Part shown: positions 1 through 11,165 of the stretch, piece after piece | How the letters are laid out: every line of letters begins with the position of its first letter | How positions within the stretch are numbered: the stretch's first letter is position 1 | Origin: Scenedesmus sp. PABB004 | Taxonomy: Eukaryota | Direction: 5' to 3' | NCBI GenBank assembly: GCA_014905635.1 | Contig: JABVCE010000003.1 | Location: 1,178,001 to 1,242,000 of the forward strand | DNA: 64,000 bases | Program-made: the position numbers and the translations under genes | The notes under the pieces: model-generated | Told to the model about the DNA's origin: nothing | The model's input: the letters and a program-made list of their open reading frames with translations, nothing else | The model's database searches: none

Positions 1-147
1 TGCCCGCAGAAGAGGCTCAACCACAGACCGCCCACGCGGCGCGGAGGCCACCACCGGTTGGCCGCCGCCGCCGCCGCGCGTCGCCGCCGCCGCTGTCGCT
101 GCCGCCGCGCCGCGAGCGCCTGCGACGCGATCGGCAGCGCCCCCGCG

Positions 148-2022
148 ATGCCGGCGCAGACGGGCGCGCTGGCGCAGCTGGTGGGCCGGCACTTTCCGCC
201 GCTCGCGTACGGCTTTGCGTACGGCAGCGGCGTGTTCGCGCAGCCCGGGCTCTACGCGCGCGGCGGCGCGCCGATGCTGGACTTCATCTTCGTGGTCGAA
301 GACCCCCTCGCCTGGCACGCACAGGCGCGCGGCAGCAGCGGCCGGCGGCGCGCGTGCGCGGCGGCCGGTGCGCGGGCGGGCGCGGCGCGCGAGCCGCTGC
401 GCCGCTCCGCGCCGCCGCCGCCGCGGCGCAGAACATGCAGCGCAACCCCCGGCACTATTCCTTCCTGCGCCACCTCGGCCCCGGCGCGGTGCGGTGGGGG
501 CGCGGGCGCGCGGGGGCGCAACAATTCTGCCGGCGGGCGGTCGATCGGGGCCTGCCGCCGCCGCCGCCGCCGCCGGCGCCGCCGCAGGCGTGCGCCGTGG
601 CGGACCGCGTCGGCGTGGGCGTCTTCTTCAACACCCTGGTGCCGCTGGAGGACCAGGCGCGCCGCGCGCGCGCGGCGGCGCAGGCGAACGCAGCCGAACG
701 CGCGGCCGCCCGCCCGCCGGCTGTCGCGTCGCTCCGCGCCGCCACCACTGAGCCCCGCCCGCCGCGCGCAGCTGGTCAAGTACGGCGTGGTCAGCAGCGC
801 CGCGTTCCAGCAGGACCTGCTGAACTGGAGCCACCTCTACGTCGGCGGCCGCCTGCACAAGCCGGTCGCGGTGCTCGCGGCGGGCGACAAGCCCGCCGCC
901 GCGGCCGCGGCCAACCTGCAGTCGGCGCTCGCGGCGGCGTTGCTGCTGCTGCCGCGCGCCGCGAGCCTCACGGTGCGGCGGCGGCCCGGCCCGGCCCGGC
1001 CCGTGGAGGCGCCGCCGCCCATGCGCGCCGCCTGCCAACGCGCCCACCGACGCTCCCGCCGTGCGCCCGTCCGCCGCCCGCCTGCCCTGCCTGCCCCGCC
1101 TCCCCCGCCCCGCCCACGTTTGAGCCTCAGGACCTGTTCAAGCGCATCGCCAGCCTCTCCTACCTCGGCGACGTGCGCATGGGCCTCGCCGAGGACAGCC
1201 GCAAGGTCCAGCGCATCGTCGCGGGCAGCCGGCAGCACTTTGAGCACCTCTACCTCCCGCTGCTGCAGGCGCGGCGGCGGCGGCGCTGTTAGTTGCGGCT
1301 GCGGCGGCTGCAGCGGGGATGCGGCTGCGGCGGCTGCTGCTGCGGCGGCGGCTGCGGCGCGGCGCCGAGCGCGCACACGGCACTGCGGCGCGGCCGCCGC
1401 AGGCGCCGCCGTGGCGGGAGCTGGGCGTCGTTGCGGGCGCGGACGGCGTGGAGCAGGGCGGCGGGCGCGACGCGCAGCTGGCCCTCCTCGCGCGCCTGCC
1501 GGCGGTGCGCGCGGCACGCGGGGCAGCACGTGCAGCACGCGCAGCGCGTGCAGCCGCTGAGAGCCCGTCGCGCCGCGCCTTACAGGTGCTGCTCGCGCGC
1601 GTCGCGGCCAAGCTCGGCCCCGCGCTGCCAGACGCGACGGCCGCGGCGGCGGCGGCGGTCGCGGCGCGCGCCGCAGCGAGCGTGGCCGCGCCGCTGCCGG
1701 CGCTGCCGGACGCGGCGCGGCGCGACATTGCGGCCGCCGCGCTGTCGGCGCCACGCTACCAGCGGCTGCTCAAGTCGGGGCTGCACGCCATCGTCGCCGG
1801 CTCGAGCAGGCGCGGCCAAGCGGCGGCGACGCGGCGCGGCGGCAGCGCGGGGCGGCAGCAGCGCGGGGCGGCGACGGCGGCCGGGGTCGCTGAGCGGGCG
1901 CCGCCGCGCCGCGCTCTGCCCGCCGCCCCCGCAGGCGCCAGGCGGTGGCGGGGCTGCTGTACGCGGGGCCGGTGCGCTCGCTGCGGTACCTCGGTGCTAA
2001 GCTGGCCAAGGCGTGGCGGTAG
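148..2022 (+). CDS. TAM41: Mitochondrial phosphatidate cytidylyltransferase Tam41/Mmp37 (multi-exon)
   Basis: Spliced exons give FAYGSGVFAQ, MLDFIFVVEDP, WHAQ|NMQRNPRHYSFL, GVFFNT, VKYGVVS, DLLNWSHLYVGGRLHKPV, IASLSYLGDVRM..AEDSRKVQRIV, ending LRYLGAKLAKAWR-TAG. These are Tam41 motifs. Confidence 0.9.
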
Positions 2023-2125
2023 CGGCGGCCGCGGCGCTGGCGCTGCGACACGCGCCCGCGCTGCAGCCGCGCAAGGAAAGGGGGGGGGGGGCAACACCAT
2101 TTTGCAACAATTGCATGTTCCGGCG

Positions 2126-2902
2126 TCACCGCGCCTTTGCCCGCTCGTGCTCCGCGATCGCCGCCGCCACGCTGGCCTGCAGCTCGCGCCGCAGCTGCGG
2201 GCGCAGGCCGAGCACAAAGAGAAGCTCATACCACACGAACAGCGGCGCCAGCGTCAGCGCCTGCGACAGGCTGTCGAGCAGGGCAGGCTTGCGACCTTCG
2301 AGCAGAGCGTGTCCGGGGTGGATCTGTGTGTGCGCGCCGCGGCGGCGCGGGGTGGGCGCGGGGCTCACGCGCCGCGCGCGCCGCCCGGGGGCGCAGCCGG
2401 CCGGGGCGCACCTGCAGGTACCACGCCAGGATGTGCACGCCCAGCGCCCAGCGCCCAGCGTGCGGCACCTGCGCACGCGGCGGCGGGCGCCCGCGCGTGA
2501 GCGCCGCGCGCGCGCCGGCGCCGCACGCGCGGCGGCGCGCTGCGCCGCCCCGCGCGCCTGCGCGACCGCCGTGGCCGAGAGCCAGACTGGCAGCCCGACG
2601 CAGGCCGCCCAGCTGAGACCGGCGAGGGCGTCGAGGCGGGTGTAGAGGGCAGCGTAGGCCGCGACCGCGGCGGCCGCGGCGTTGAGCTGCGCGCCGCGCG
2701 CGACCCAGGCCGGCAGCGCCGCCGCCGCGCCGGCCGGCAGCGCGGCGCCGCAGCTGCCGAGCCCGGCGAGCCAGACGGCCGCGGACCACATGATCGCCGG
2801 GACGCAGACGAAGTGGATGAGCTGGTTCCAGGGGTTGGCGTGGTACGCTCCGTAAAACGCGAGCGCCTCGAGCAGCCGGCCGCGCGCCGCGGCTAGCGGC
2901 AT
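2126..2902 (-). CDS. DUF962/Mpo1-like ER membrane protein (2-hydroxy fatty acid dioxygenase-like)
   Basis: [64 protein letters not shown] match DUF962/Mpo1 His motifs. Confidence 0.85.
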   Translation of the reverse strand: MPLAAARGRLLEALAFYGAYHANPWNQLIHFVCVPAIMWSAAVWLAGLGSCGAALPAGAAAALPAWVARGAQLNAAAAAVAAYAALYTRLDALAGLSWAACVGLPVWLSATAVAQARGAAQRAAARAAPARARRSRAGARRRVRRCRTLGAGRWACTSWRGTCRCAPAGCAPGRRARRVSPAPTPRRRGAHTQIHPGHALLEGRKPALLDSLSQALTLAPLFVWYELLFVLGLRPQLRRELQASVAAAIAEHERAKAR

Positions 2903-3407
2903 CGGGCGCCGCTCCCGGCGGCGGCGGGCTCGGGCGCAGCAGCGGCGGGACCAGGCGGCAGGCGCTGGGCGCGGCGGCGGCGCGACAGCAGCGGCAGCAG
3001 CGGCAGCAGCGGCGGCGTGGCGCGGCGCGGCGCGGGGGTAGCGTGCCGGCGCTGCGACGTGTTTGGCGAGCGCTGTGGGCGAGTGTGGGCGCGATCGGAG
3101 GGGCTGCCAGCGACTGCTCGCAACATGGCAGTCAAGCGAACACAAGCCCCGAAACCTCTCCCGTCGCAGCCCCGCGCCTGTTCGGCGCGCCGCAGCTCGG
3201 GGAGGCGTTCAAGCTCACTACATACACGCCGCGACCACGGCCGCGCTGCGTTTGACGGAACCTTTCCGAGCAGCACGCCCTCGCGCACGCGGCCGCGGTG
3301 TGCCGCGCGTGGGCCATCCGGCAGCCCGCCGCGCGGCGCCAGGCGCTTCTCCGGATCACCACCTTCATCACCGTCACCCCCGCCGCCAGCTGGCCGCTCG
3401 CTGCGCG

Positions 3408-4674
3408 ATGCAGTGCCTGCGGCAGCGGCCGCGCTGCTGCGCCGCCGGCGGCGGCGCCCGCGCGGCGCCCCGGCCCGCCGCCGTGGCCGCGCTGCCGGCT
3501 CGCAGCCACGGGCAGGTGCAGCCGGCGGGCGCGCAGCCGCGCCGCGCGGCGCCCGTGGCCGCCGCGCCCGGGCGCGGCGCGCGGCGGCGGCCGCTCGCCG
3601 CGGCGGCGGGCCCGCCCGACGCGGCCGGCGCGCCGGGGCCGCGCAAGAAGCTGGCGGTGTTTGTCTCGGGCGGCGGCTCAAACTTCAAGGCCATCCACGC
3701 GGCCTGCCTGAGCGGCGCGATCAACGCAGACGTCGTGGTGCGCCCTCTTTGTCGCGAGCGCGCAGCGCCGCGCGGCCGCGCGGCCGCGCGGCTGCCCAGC
3801 GCGCGCCGCGCCGACGGCGCCGACGCCGGCGCCGCGCCGCAGGCCGTCGTCAGCGACGTGCCGAGCTGCGGCGGTGTGGCGTACGCCGCGGCGGCGGGCA
3901 TCGCGACGCTCACCTACCCCGCGAGCAGGAAGGGCCTGTTCCCCGGGCTCACGCCGGACGAGCTGGTGTCGCAGCTGGCGGCGCTGGGCGCCGAGTACGT
4001 GGTGCTCGCCGGCTTCCTGAAGGCGCGGCAGCGGCGGCGGCGGCGGCAGCTGCGGCGACGGCGGCGGCCGCAGCGGCGGCGGCGACCGCGCGCACCGCCT
4101 CAGCCGCGCCCGCGTCCGCCGCCGCCGCCGCGCAGCTGATCCCGTCGGAGCTGTGCCGCGCGTACAAGCGCCGCATGCTCAACATCCACCCCGGCCTGCT
4201 GCCCAGCTTTGGCGGCAAGGGCTTCTACGGCGGCCGCGTGCACGCCGCGGTGCTCGCCTCGGGCGCGCGGTGCGCGCCGCGCCGCCGCCTTGCGTGCCCC
4301 GTCCGCCCCGCGCGCGCACGCACCCCGCGCCCCCGTGCCCGCGCTCATGCGGCCCGCGCCGCGTGCGGCGTGCAGCTTCTCGGGCCCCACCGTGCACTTT
4401 GTGGACGAGGAGTACGACACCGGGCCCATCCTCGCGCAGCGCGTCGTACCCGTCTTCCCCACCGACTCGCCCGCGCAGCTCGCGGCGCGCGTGCTCGAGC
4501 AGGCGCGGCGCGCGGACGCCGCCCGCGCCGCGCACGCCGGCCCCGCCGCCGCGGCTGACGCGGCGCCGCCGCGCGCAGGAGCACCTGGTGTATCCTTACG
4601 CCGTGTCGGCGCTCGTGGACGGGCGCATCACGTGGCGCGAGGACGGCATCCCCATCATCTGGGAGGCGCGCTGA
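3408..4674 (+). CDS. purN: Phosphoribosylglycinamide (GAR) formyltransferase with probable plastid transit peptide
   Basis: [72 protein letters not shown]. Start codon is inferred. Confidence 0.93.
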
Positions 4675-4970
4675 GGCGCGCAGGCGCTGCCGTGATCCCC
4701 GTGGCTGAATGCGGGGGGGGGGGGCACACCCGGATTTCATTCTGTGCAAACGGTGTACGCCCGGTGCGCGTTGACCGCGGTTTGCCCGTCACTGAACCCG
4801 CCCGCTCGCGCGGTTGCCGCAGCGCTGGGCGTGGCGGCGCCGCTGCCCATGTGCAGACTGACGTGTGGAGCCCCGCGCCCCCGCGCGCCCACACAGCCGC
4901 GAGCCGCAGCGCCAGCAGCGGCAGCAGCAGCACGCCGCACCCGCCGCCGGTCGCACGCACGCGCGCGAGC

Positions 4971-6265
4971 ATGGCCCAAATGGTCGCGCTGGGCGGGCGC
5001 GCCGTCCTGGCAGCCGTCCGCAGCAGCGCGCCCGGCGCCTGCCGGCCGCGCGTGGCGCCGTTTGGGGCGGCGCGGCCATCCAGCAGCAGCGCGCCCCGGC
5101 GCGCCAGCAGCAGCTCTTCGAGCTGGGGCACGCCCGAGCGGTGCGTGAGCTGCCGCTCCTTCGACGGCGACGCCGGCAAGGCGCTCAAGGAGGCGGCCGC
5201 GCTGGACGAGCTCATCGACCTGATGCTGGAGGCCAAGACGCAGCCCGAGGTGCGGCCAGCGGCCAGGGGGCGGGCCCCCCACCTGCATGGACGCGACTGC
5301 CACCCAAAGCCGCCGCCAGCGCGAGCAATTGAGCGCGCGCGCCGCCGCCGCGGCGGGCAGCGCGCGGCGGCGCGGCAGCGGCGGCTCGCGCGCGCCCACG
5401 CGCCCGCGCCCGGCCGTCCGCACGCGCAGCTGTCGCGGCTGGTGGCGGAGAACATATTCAGCTTTGACGCCAAGTTCTGGATGCGCATCGCCACGCGCAA
5501 CGACAGCCTCGCCAGCCAGGTGCGCGGGGGCCGCCCCGCTTGCCGGCCTGCCGCTGCGCGCCGCAGCGGGCGCTGCGCGGCGGCCGCAGCGCCGCGCCGA
5601 CGCCTGCGCCCGCGCACGCGGCCCCAGGCCGACAAGGAGAAGCTCAAGGGCGTGGCGGACACCGTGATGCTGCTGGTGGACGCGATGGTCCGCCAGACGG
5701 AGCAGTCGCTGAACGACTCGGCCGCGGTGCTGCAGGAGGTGCTCAAGGCGGCCGCCGACGACAAGGGCGAGTGGTACGTCCCGCTCGACTCGGCGCAGGT
5801 GAGGGGCCGACCAGGGGCCCGGCCAGCGGGCGCCGCCGCGCGCATTCCGCGGCAGCGCGGCCGCCGCGGCGCGCGGGCGGCGCGCGAGCCGGGCCGGCCG
5901 CGCCCCGGGCGCGCGCGCCGCAGGTCGCCGCGGTGCGCGCCGCGCTCGAAAAGCACGCGTCGCGCCTCGACGAGGCGCTGCTGAGCAACTGCTTTGCGTG
6001 GATGAAAAAGTGCGCCGACGACGGCATGGTGCGCGGCGTGGCGCAGCAGGCTGCCGGCAGCGCGCTGGCTGGCCGACCGTGCCCCGTGCCTGGCTCGCCG
6101 CGCCTGGCTCACTGCGGCGCCCGCCCGCCGCAGGACACGATGGTCGCGCTGCTCCAAAAGGTCCTCCAGCTCTACGCCGCCGCCGCGCTGCGCGGCGCGG
6201 AGACCGAGGTGCGCCGCGCCGCGGCCGCGGCCACGGCAGCAGCAGCAGCAGACGGCGGCGGCAGC

Positions 6266-6301
<36 letters not shown>

Positions 6302-6838
6302 CGGCGCCGCCGCGCGGGGGCGCCGGCGCGGCGCTGCGGCCAGCCGCGCTGGTTGCCGCCCCCACCACGCGCCCTGCGTGCTCCCCGCCGTCACCTGCTG
6401 TCCCCTGCTGCCTCCCTGCCCCCCCCCCCCCCCGGCCCGGCAGGGCGCTGAGGGCGTGCTGAACGAGGTCATCTACGCGGAGGAGGCCGACTGGGAGCCC
6501 ATCCTGCGCAAGCACGCCGCCGCGGGTGCGGCGCACGCGCCGCCGCCCCCGCCCCGGCGCCCGCCCGCCGCACGCGCCCGCCGCCGCCGCATGCGGCCGC
6601 GCGCGCGCGCCGCGCCGCGCGCTCACGCCGCGTGCGCCCGCCGCGCCCGCCGCGTGCGCGTCCAGGCGGCGTGGCCGAGGCGGGGTTCATGGACGCGCTG
6701 CAGCGCCGCATGGAGGCGACGGTGCTGGGCATGCAGAGCGGCAGCTACGCGCAGCGCGTGCAGGCAGAGTACCTCAAGGAGGTCGAGGCGCGGGCCAAGA
6801 CCGTCTTCCGCGCGCTCGCCGCCGCCGCGGGGCCGTGA
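4971..6838 (+). CDS. Uncharacterised helical protein with probable chloroplast transit peptide
   Basis: Ser/Ala/Arg-rich N-terminus, then clean spliced exons (ALDELIDLMLEAK, ENIFSFDAKFWMRIA, LDEALLSNCFAWMKK, GSYAQRVQAEYLKEVEAR). Family not recognised with certainty. Confidence 0.75.
6029..6133 (+). mobile_element. Introner-like intron, copy A (105 nt, GT-AG, phase 0)
   Basis: Near-identical to the intron at 16081-16182 in an unrelated gene. Splicing it out joins DDGM|DTMVALLQK. Confidence 0.7.
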
Positions 6839-7226
6839 GCGCGAGCGCGCGTTCCGCGCGACGGCGTGTTACGTTGCCCGTGCCACGAGCGTGCCGCGCG
6901 CCCGCGCCGCGCACCTCTCCCGCCGCCGCCGCCGCCGCCGCCGCCGCGTGCGTCGTCGCAGCACGCGCGTGCCAGCCCATGCACACAACCCTTTCCCGTT
7001 CAAACCACCGGCAGCGCTGGGTGTTGCAGCAGCGCGCCCTCCCGCCCACGCGTCGGTTGCGCCCCCTCGTCAACAACGCGCGCGCGAACGGTGCCCCTGC
7101 CCGTTCCCTCAGCACAAGCTCCCCAGAGTTTTGTCTTCTTCTGTTTTTTCTCGCAGCTCCCACGCCCCGTGCTCTCCGCCCTTGCTGTTGTTGGTACACG
7201 CGCGCGCGGCGCCTCCGGGCGCCGCC

Positions 7227-8197
7227 TCACCACAGCGCGTCGGGGCTGGCGGCGCCGCGGCGCTGCTGCTGCTGCTGCTGGCGGTGCTGCTGCTGCTGCT
7301 GCGCGCCGGGCACGAACGCGCCGGGGTGCCACGCGCCCCAGCGCTGCGGCGGCCTGCCCGTGCCACCGGCGCCGGCGGCGCCGGTGCTGGAGCCGCCGCC
7401 GCAGGCCGCCGCGCCCCCGTCCTCGCCGTAGTCCTCGGCGGCCAGCCCCCGCAGCGCCTGGCCGTCCAGCTGCTCCAGCAGCTCCAGCGCCTCCTGCATG
7501 CTGCCAAAGCTCTCCAGCACCAGCGCGTGCCGCTCCAGCAGCGCGGCGCGCAGTGCTGCGCGCCCATGCCGCGCCGCGCCAGCGGACGCGCTGCCGCCCG
7601 CCGCGCGCACGGCCGCCAGCTCGCCGCCGCGCCACGCCGCCAGCGCGCCAGCCGCCAGGCCGCTGCTTCCCCCGCCTGCGGCGGCGGCCGCCGCTGCCGC
7701 CGCGTCCGGGGGCGGCTGCCCCCCGGCGCCGGGGTGCCACCAGCGCTCCTGCTGCTGCTGCTGCAGCCCGCTCGCGTGCGCGTGCGCGCCGCCGCCGCCG
7801 CCGGCGCGCAGCGCGTCGTACTCGCGCCGCGCGGCGCCGTCGCTGAGCAGCTCATACGCGAGGCGGCAGCGCAGGAACGCGGCCGCCTGGCCGCCCGCGT
7901 CGGGGTGGTGCAGGCGCGCGAGGCGCCGCCACGCGGCCTTGATCTCCGCCCCGCTCGCCGTCGACGCGACGCCCAGGACGGCGTACAGTGTGCTGCCCTC
8001 TGCGGCGGCGATGGTGGCGCGGGTCGGCGCGAGGCGCTCTGCAGGTGTCGGTGCCGGCCAGCGCGCGGCAGCAGCGGCGCGGGCACCGGCAGCGCCGCCG
8101 CGCGCTCACCGCCGGGCGCCGCCCGCGGCGCGACGGCCCTGCAGCTGCGCCGCCCGGCGCTGACCGACGGGCCGGCGCGCTGCAGGGCCATGGCCAT
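7227..8197 (-). CDS. DnaJ (J-domain) protein, probable plastid type III
   Basis: Exon 2 reads [56 protein letters not shown] (HPD motif). Exon 1 ([12 protein letters not shown]) is transit-peptide-like. Confidence 0.85.
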
Positions 8198-8701
8198 GGC
8201 GCTCGGCGCAGCGGCAGGCGGCGCGCGAGCAGCGCCTCCAACCGGCAGGCCGGGGCGGCGGCGCGCTGCCGCCGAGCGGCTCGGTCGGTTGCCGGTCTCC
8301 GGGCGGCTGGTTGGGGGAAGTCGGTGGCAGGCCGCACTGCAGCGAGGCCGGTAGCGCGCCGAACTCGCTCCGCTGCAACCGCCGCTGGCGGGGGTTCTGC
8401 GTGTGCCTCTCTGGGTGGCTGGCTCGCTCCCTGAGCTCAGCGGCAGCACACACGCCGAGCGCCACCACGCACGCACAGCTCAGCACCGCCGCCCGCCGCC
8501 CGCCGCTCGGCGCGCCGCCCTTCGTGGCCCGATCGCGGCCCCGCCGCCGCCTGATCGGTCACGCCACACACGCCCAGCGCACAACAACCGCCGCCAGCGG
8601 TCCTCGTGCCACCGCCGGCGATGCGCGGCGCGGCGCCGTGAGCGCGAGCGGCTGGCAGCAGCGGCGGCCGCGCGCTGCTCGCTGCTCAGTGAGCGGCGGC
8701 G

Positions 8702-10551
8702 ATGGCGGTGGACTGGGCCTGGCTCGCCGTCCACTGGGCGGCCGCGGCGGCGCTGCGCCTGGCGCTCGCGGCGCTGGGCGCGGGCGAGGCGCTGCTGTGG
8801 CGGCCCGAGGTCTCCACGCCCGCCAACACCGCGCTCAAGGCGCGCGAGGGCGCGCGCCTGCTGCAGCTCGGCCTGCCGCCGTACGGCGGCGCCGCCTGCC
8901 ACGCGCCGCCGCTGTGGCTCGCCGCCGCGGCGCCGTGGCTGGAGCGCGGTGTGCTGTCGGCGGTGCCGGGCCTCGCCTGCGACCTGGTCGCCGCGGGCGC
9001 GCTCCTGGCGACCGCGGCCGCGCTGCACGCGCCCGGCGCGCGCGCGTCCGGCCACGAGCGCGGTGCGCGGCGGCGGCGCGCGCCCGCCCCCTGCGCGCGC
9101 CCGCCCCCTGCGTGCGCCTGGCGCGCCCCGCCGCCGACCGCCCCTCACGCCCGCCGCAGACGCGCCGTGGCTCAGCCCGGAGGCCCTCTCGCTGCTGTAC
9201 CTGCTGCACCCGTTCACGCTGCTCACGAGCGTCGCGGGCGCGAGCACGGCGGCGGAAAGCATGGCGGCGCTGCTCGCCGTCGCGGGCGGCGTGACGGGCA
9301 GCGCGCCGGTCGCGGGGCTGGGCCTCGCGCTGGGGACGTACCTGGGCCTGCAGCCCGTGCTGCTCGCAGTGAGCGGCTGCTCACCACAGCAGCACGGGGG
9401 CCCTGTTGGGGGGCGTGCGACGCTGCGGCCGTGCCGCCAGCGCTCCGCGCGTCGCGCTCCCTGCCGCGCGAGCCCACTCGGCGCGTCGCGCCGCGCGCCG
9501 CACGCAGGCGCCGCTCGCGCTGCTGCTGTGGCGGGGGCCTGAGGACGTCCTGGAGAGCGTGCCGCCGCCGCCGCCGCCGCTGACGGCGGCAGAGGCGGCA
9601 GCCGGCAGCGAAGCGGCGGACGGCAGCGGGGCGACGGCCGGCGCCGACGGCGCGGAGCCGGCAGCGGGCGCGGACGGCGCGGCAGCCGTCAACGGCGCGG
9701 CGCGCGGCGGCAGCAAGCCCAGGCAGCGGCGGCGCGGCGCAGCGGCCGGCGCCGACGGCGTCGAGCAGGAGGCGGCTTCGCCAGCGGCCCCGGCGGCCCC
9801 GCCGCGCAGCGCCGCGCGCGTGGCGGCCTTTGCCGCGTGGGCGCTCGCGTGCGGCACCGCGCTGGTGGCGCTCAGCGACGCGGTGCTCGCGGCGCATCCG
9901 GGGCAGCAGTGCCTGCCCGCGGCGGCGGCCTGGGCGCGGCGCGCGCTGCGCTCCGGCGGCCCCGGCGGCCCCGGCGGGCCCGGCCCCGGCGGCGCCGCTC
10001 GCGCGCGCGGTTGCTGGGCGGCGGCGGTGTACGGCTTTTCGCTGCAGCTGCGGGACCTCACGCCCAACATCGGGCTGTTCTGGTACTTTTTCACTGAGAT
10101 GTTTGATGCCTTTCGCCCCTTCTTCCTCTTTGTGCTGCACTCGTTCCCCGCGCTGCTCGCGGCGCCGCTCGCGCTGCGCTTCCCGGCGCGCCCGCTGCTC
10201 GTCGCGTGGGCGCAGCTGCTCGTCGGCGCCGCGTTCCGCCCGTACGCGTGCGTCGGCGACATGGCGCCCTGGATGGCGCTGCTGCCGCTGCTGCAGCAGC
10301 AGCTCGCCGCGCTGCGCCCCGGGGTGTTCCTCGCAAACGCGCTTGTGCTGCTCGCCGTGCTGGGCCCCGCGATGTGGACGCAGTGGATCGTCGCCGACGC
10401 GGCCAACGCCAACTTTTTCTACTCCATCACGCTCCTGCTGGGCGTGTGGACCACGCTGCTGCTGGTGACGGCGCTGCGCGCGACGGCGCTGGTCGACCGC
10501 CGGCTGCGTGCGGCGGCGCGCGCGCGGCGGCGGCCGCCGCCGCGCCAGTGA
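8702..10551 (+). CDS. PIGU: GPI transamidase subunit PIG-U (Gab1/Cdc91)
   Basis: WRPEVSTP..REG....GLPPYGG...HAPPL, LRDLTPNIGLFWYFFTEMFDAFRPFF, FRPYACVGD, ANANFFYSITL; multiple TM segments. Confidence 0.92.
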
Positions 10552-11165
10552 CGCCGGGCTTTTGCAACACGAGCGACGACGCGGGGGACGTGGGACTTGG
10601 CTCGTGCGCGCCGTCGCCCTGCGCCCGCGGCAACGCGGCCGCACGCCGACCGTGCGCGGCCGTCGTTCCTGCGCGGCCGTCGTTCCTGCGTCGTTCCTGC
10701 AGCTGCGCGGCTGCCGTCGTCGCCTGTGCCGCCGCCGCGGCCGCCCCGCTGCCGCCCACGCCTCGTCCAGGCGGCCAGTGATCTCCGACGCCCACTCGAC
10801 CGAGCGCAGTGCAGCGCCCTGCACAAACACACACGGCTTGTCAGTATAAACCATTGCGCCCCCACAGCGGCTCGCGCGAGGGGCTCGCACCGCCCGATTG
10901 CTACCAGGCACGACGCCGATCACACTCGCGCAGCTCCAGGGCCGCCCGGAACGGCGCACTGCGTGCACGTCGCGGCAGTCCCCGGCAAGCGGCCCAGCCG
11001 CTGCCAGCGCTTGACCGTCCCCAGCGCAGCGCGTCTCGGCAGCTTGAACACAGCCTGCATGACGCCCGCGAGCGGCGCCAGAGCCTGACGCCGCCGCCGC
11101 ACGCGCGGCAGCAGCGGCGGCCGCGGTGACGCCGCGCCCACGGAGGAGCGGAAAAGCCGCCAGCC

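Noticed and set aside
10661..10700. Three copies of CGTCGTTCCTG in the PIG-U 3' region; similar short duplications near 47245, 50012 and 52498
   Set aside because: Local slippage duplications with no unique spacers of constant length, so not CRISPR-like.
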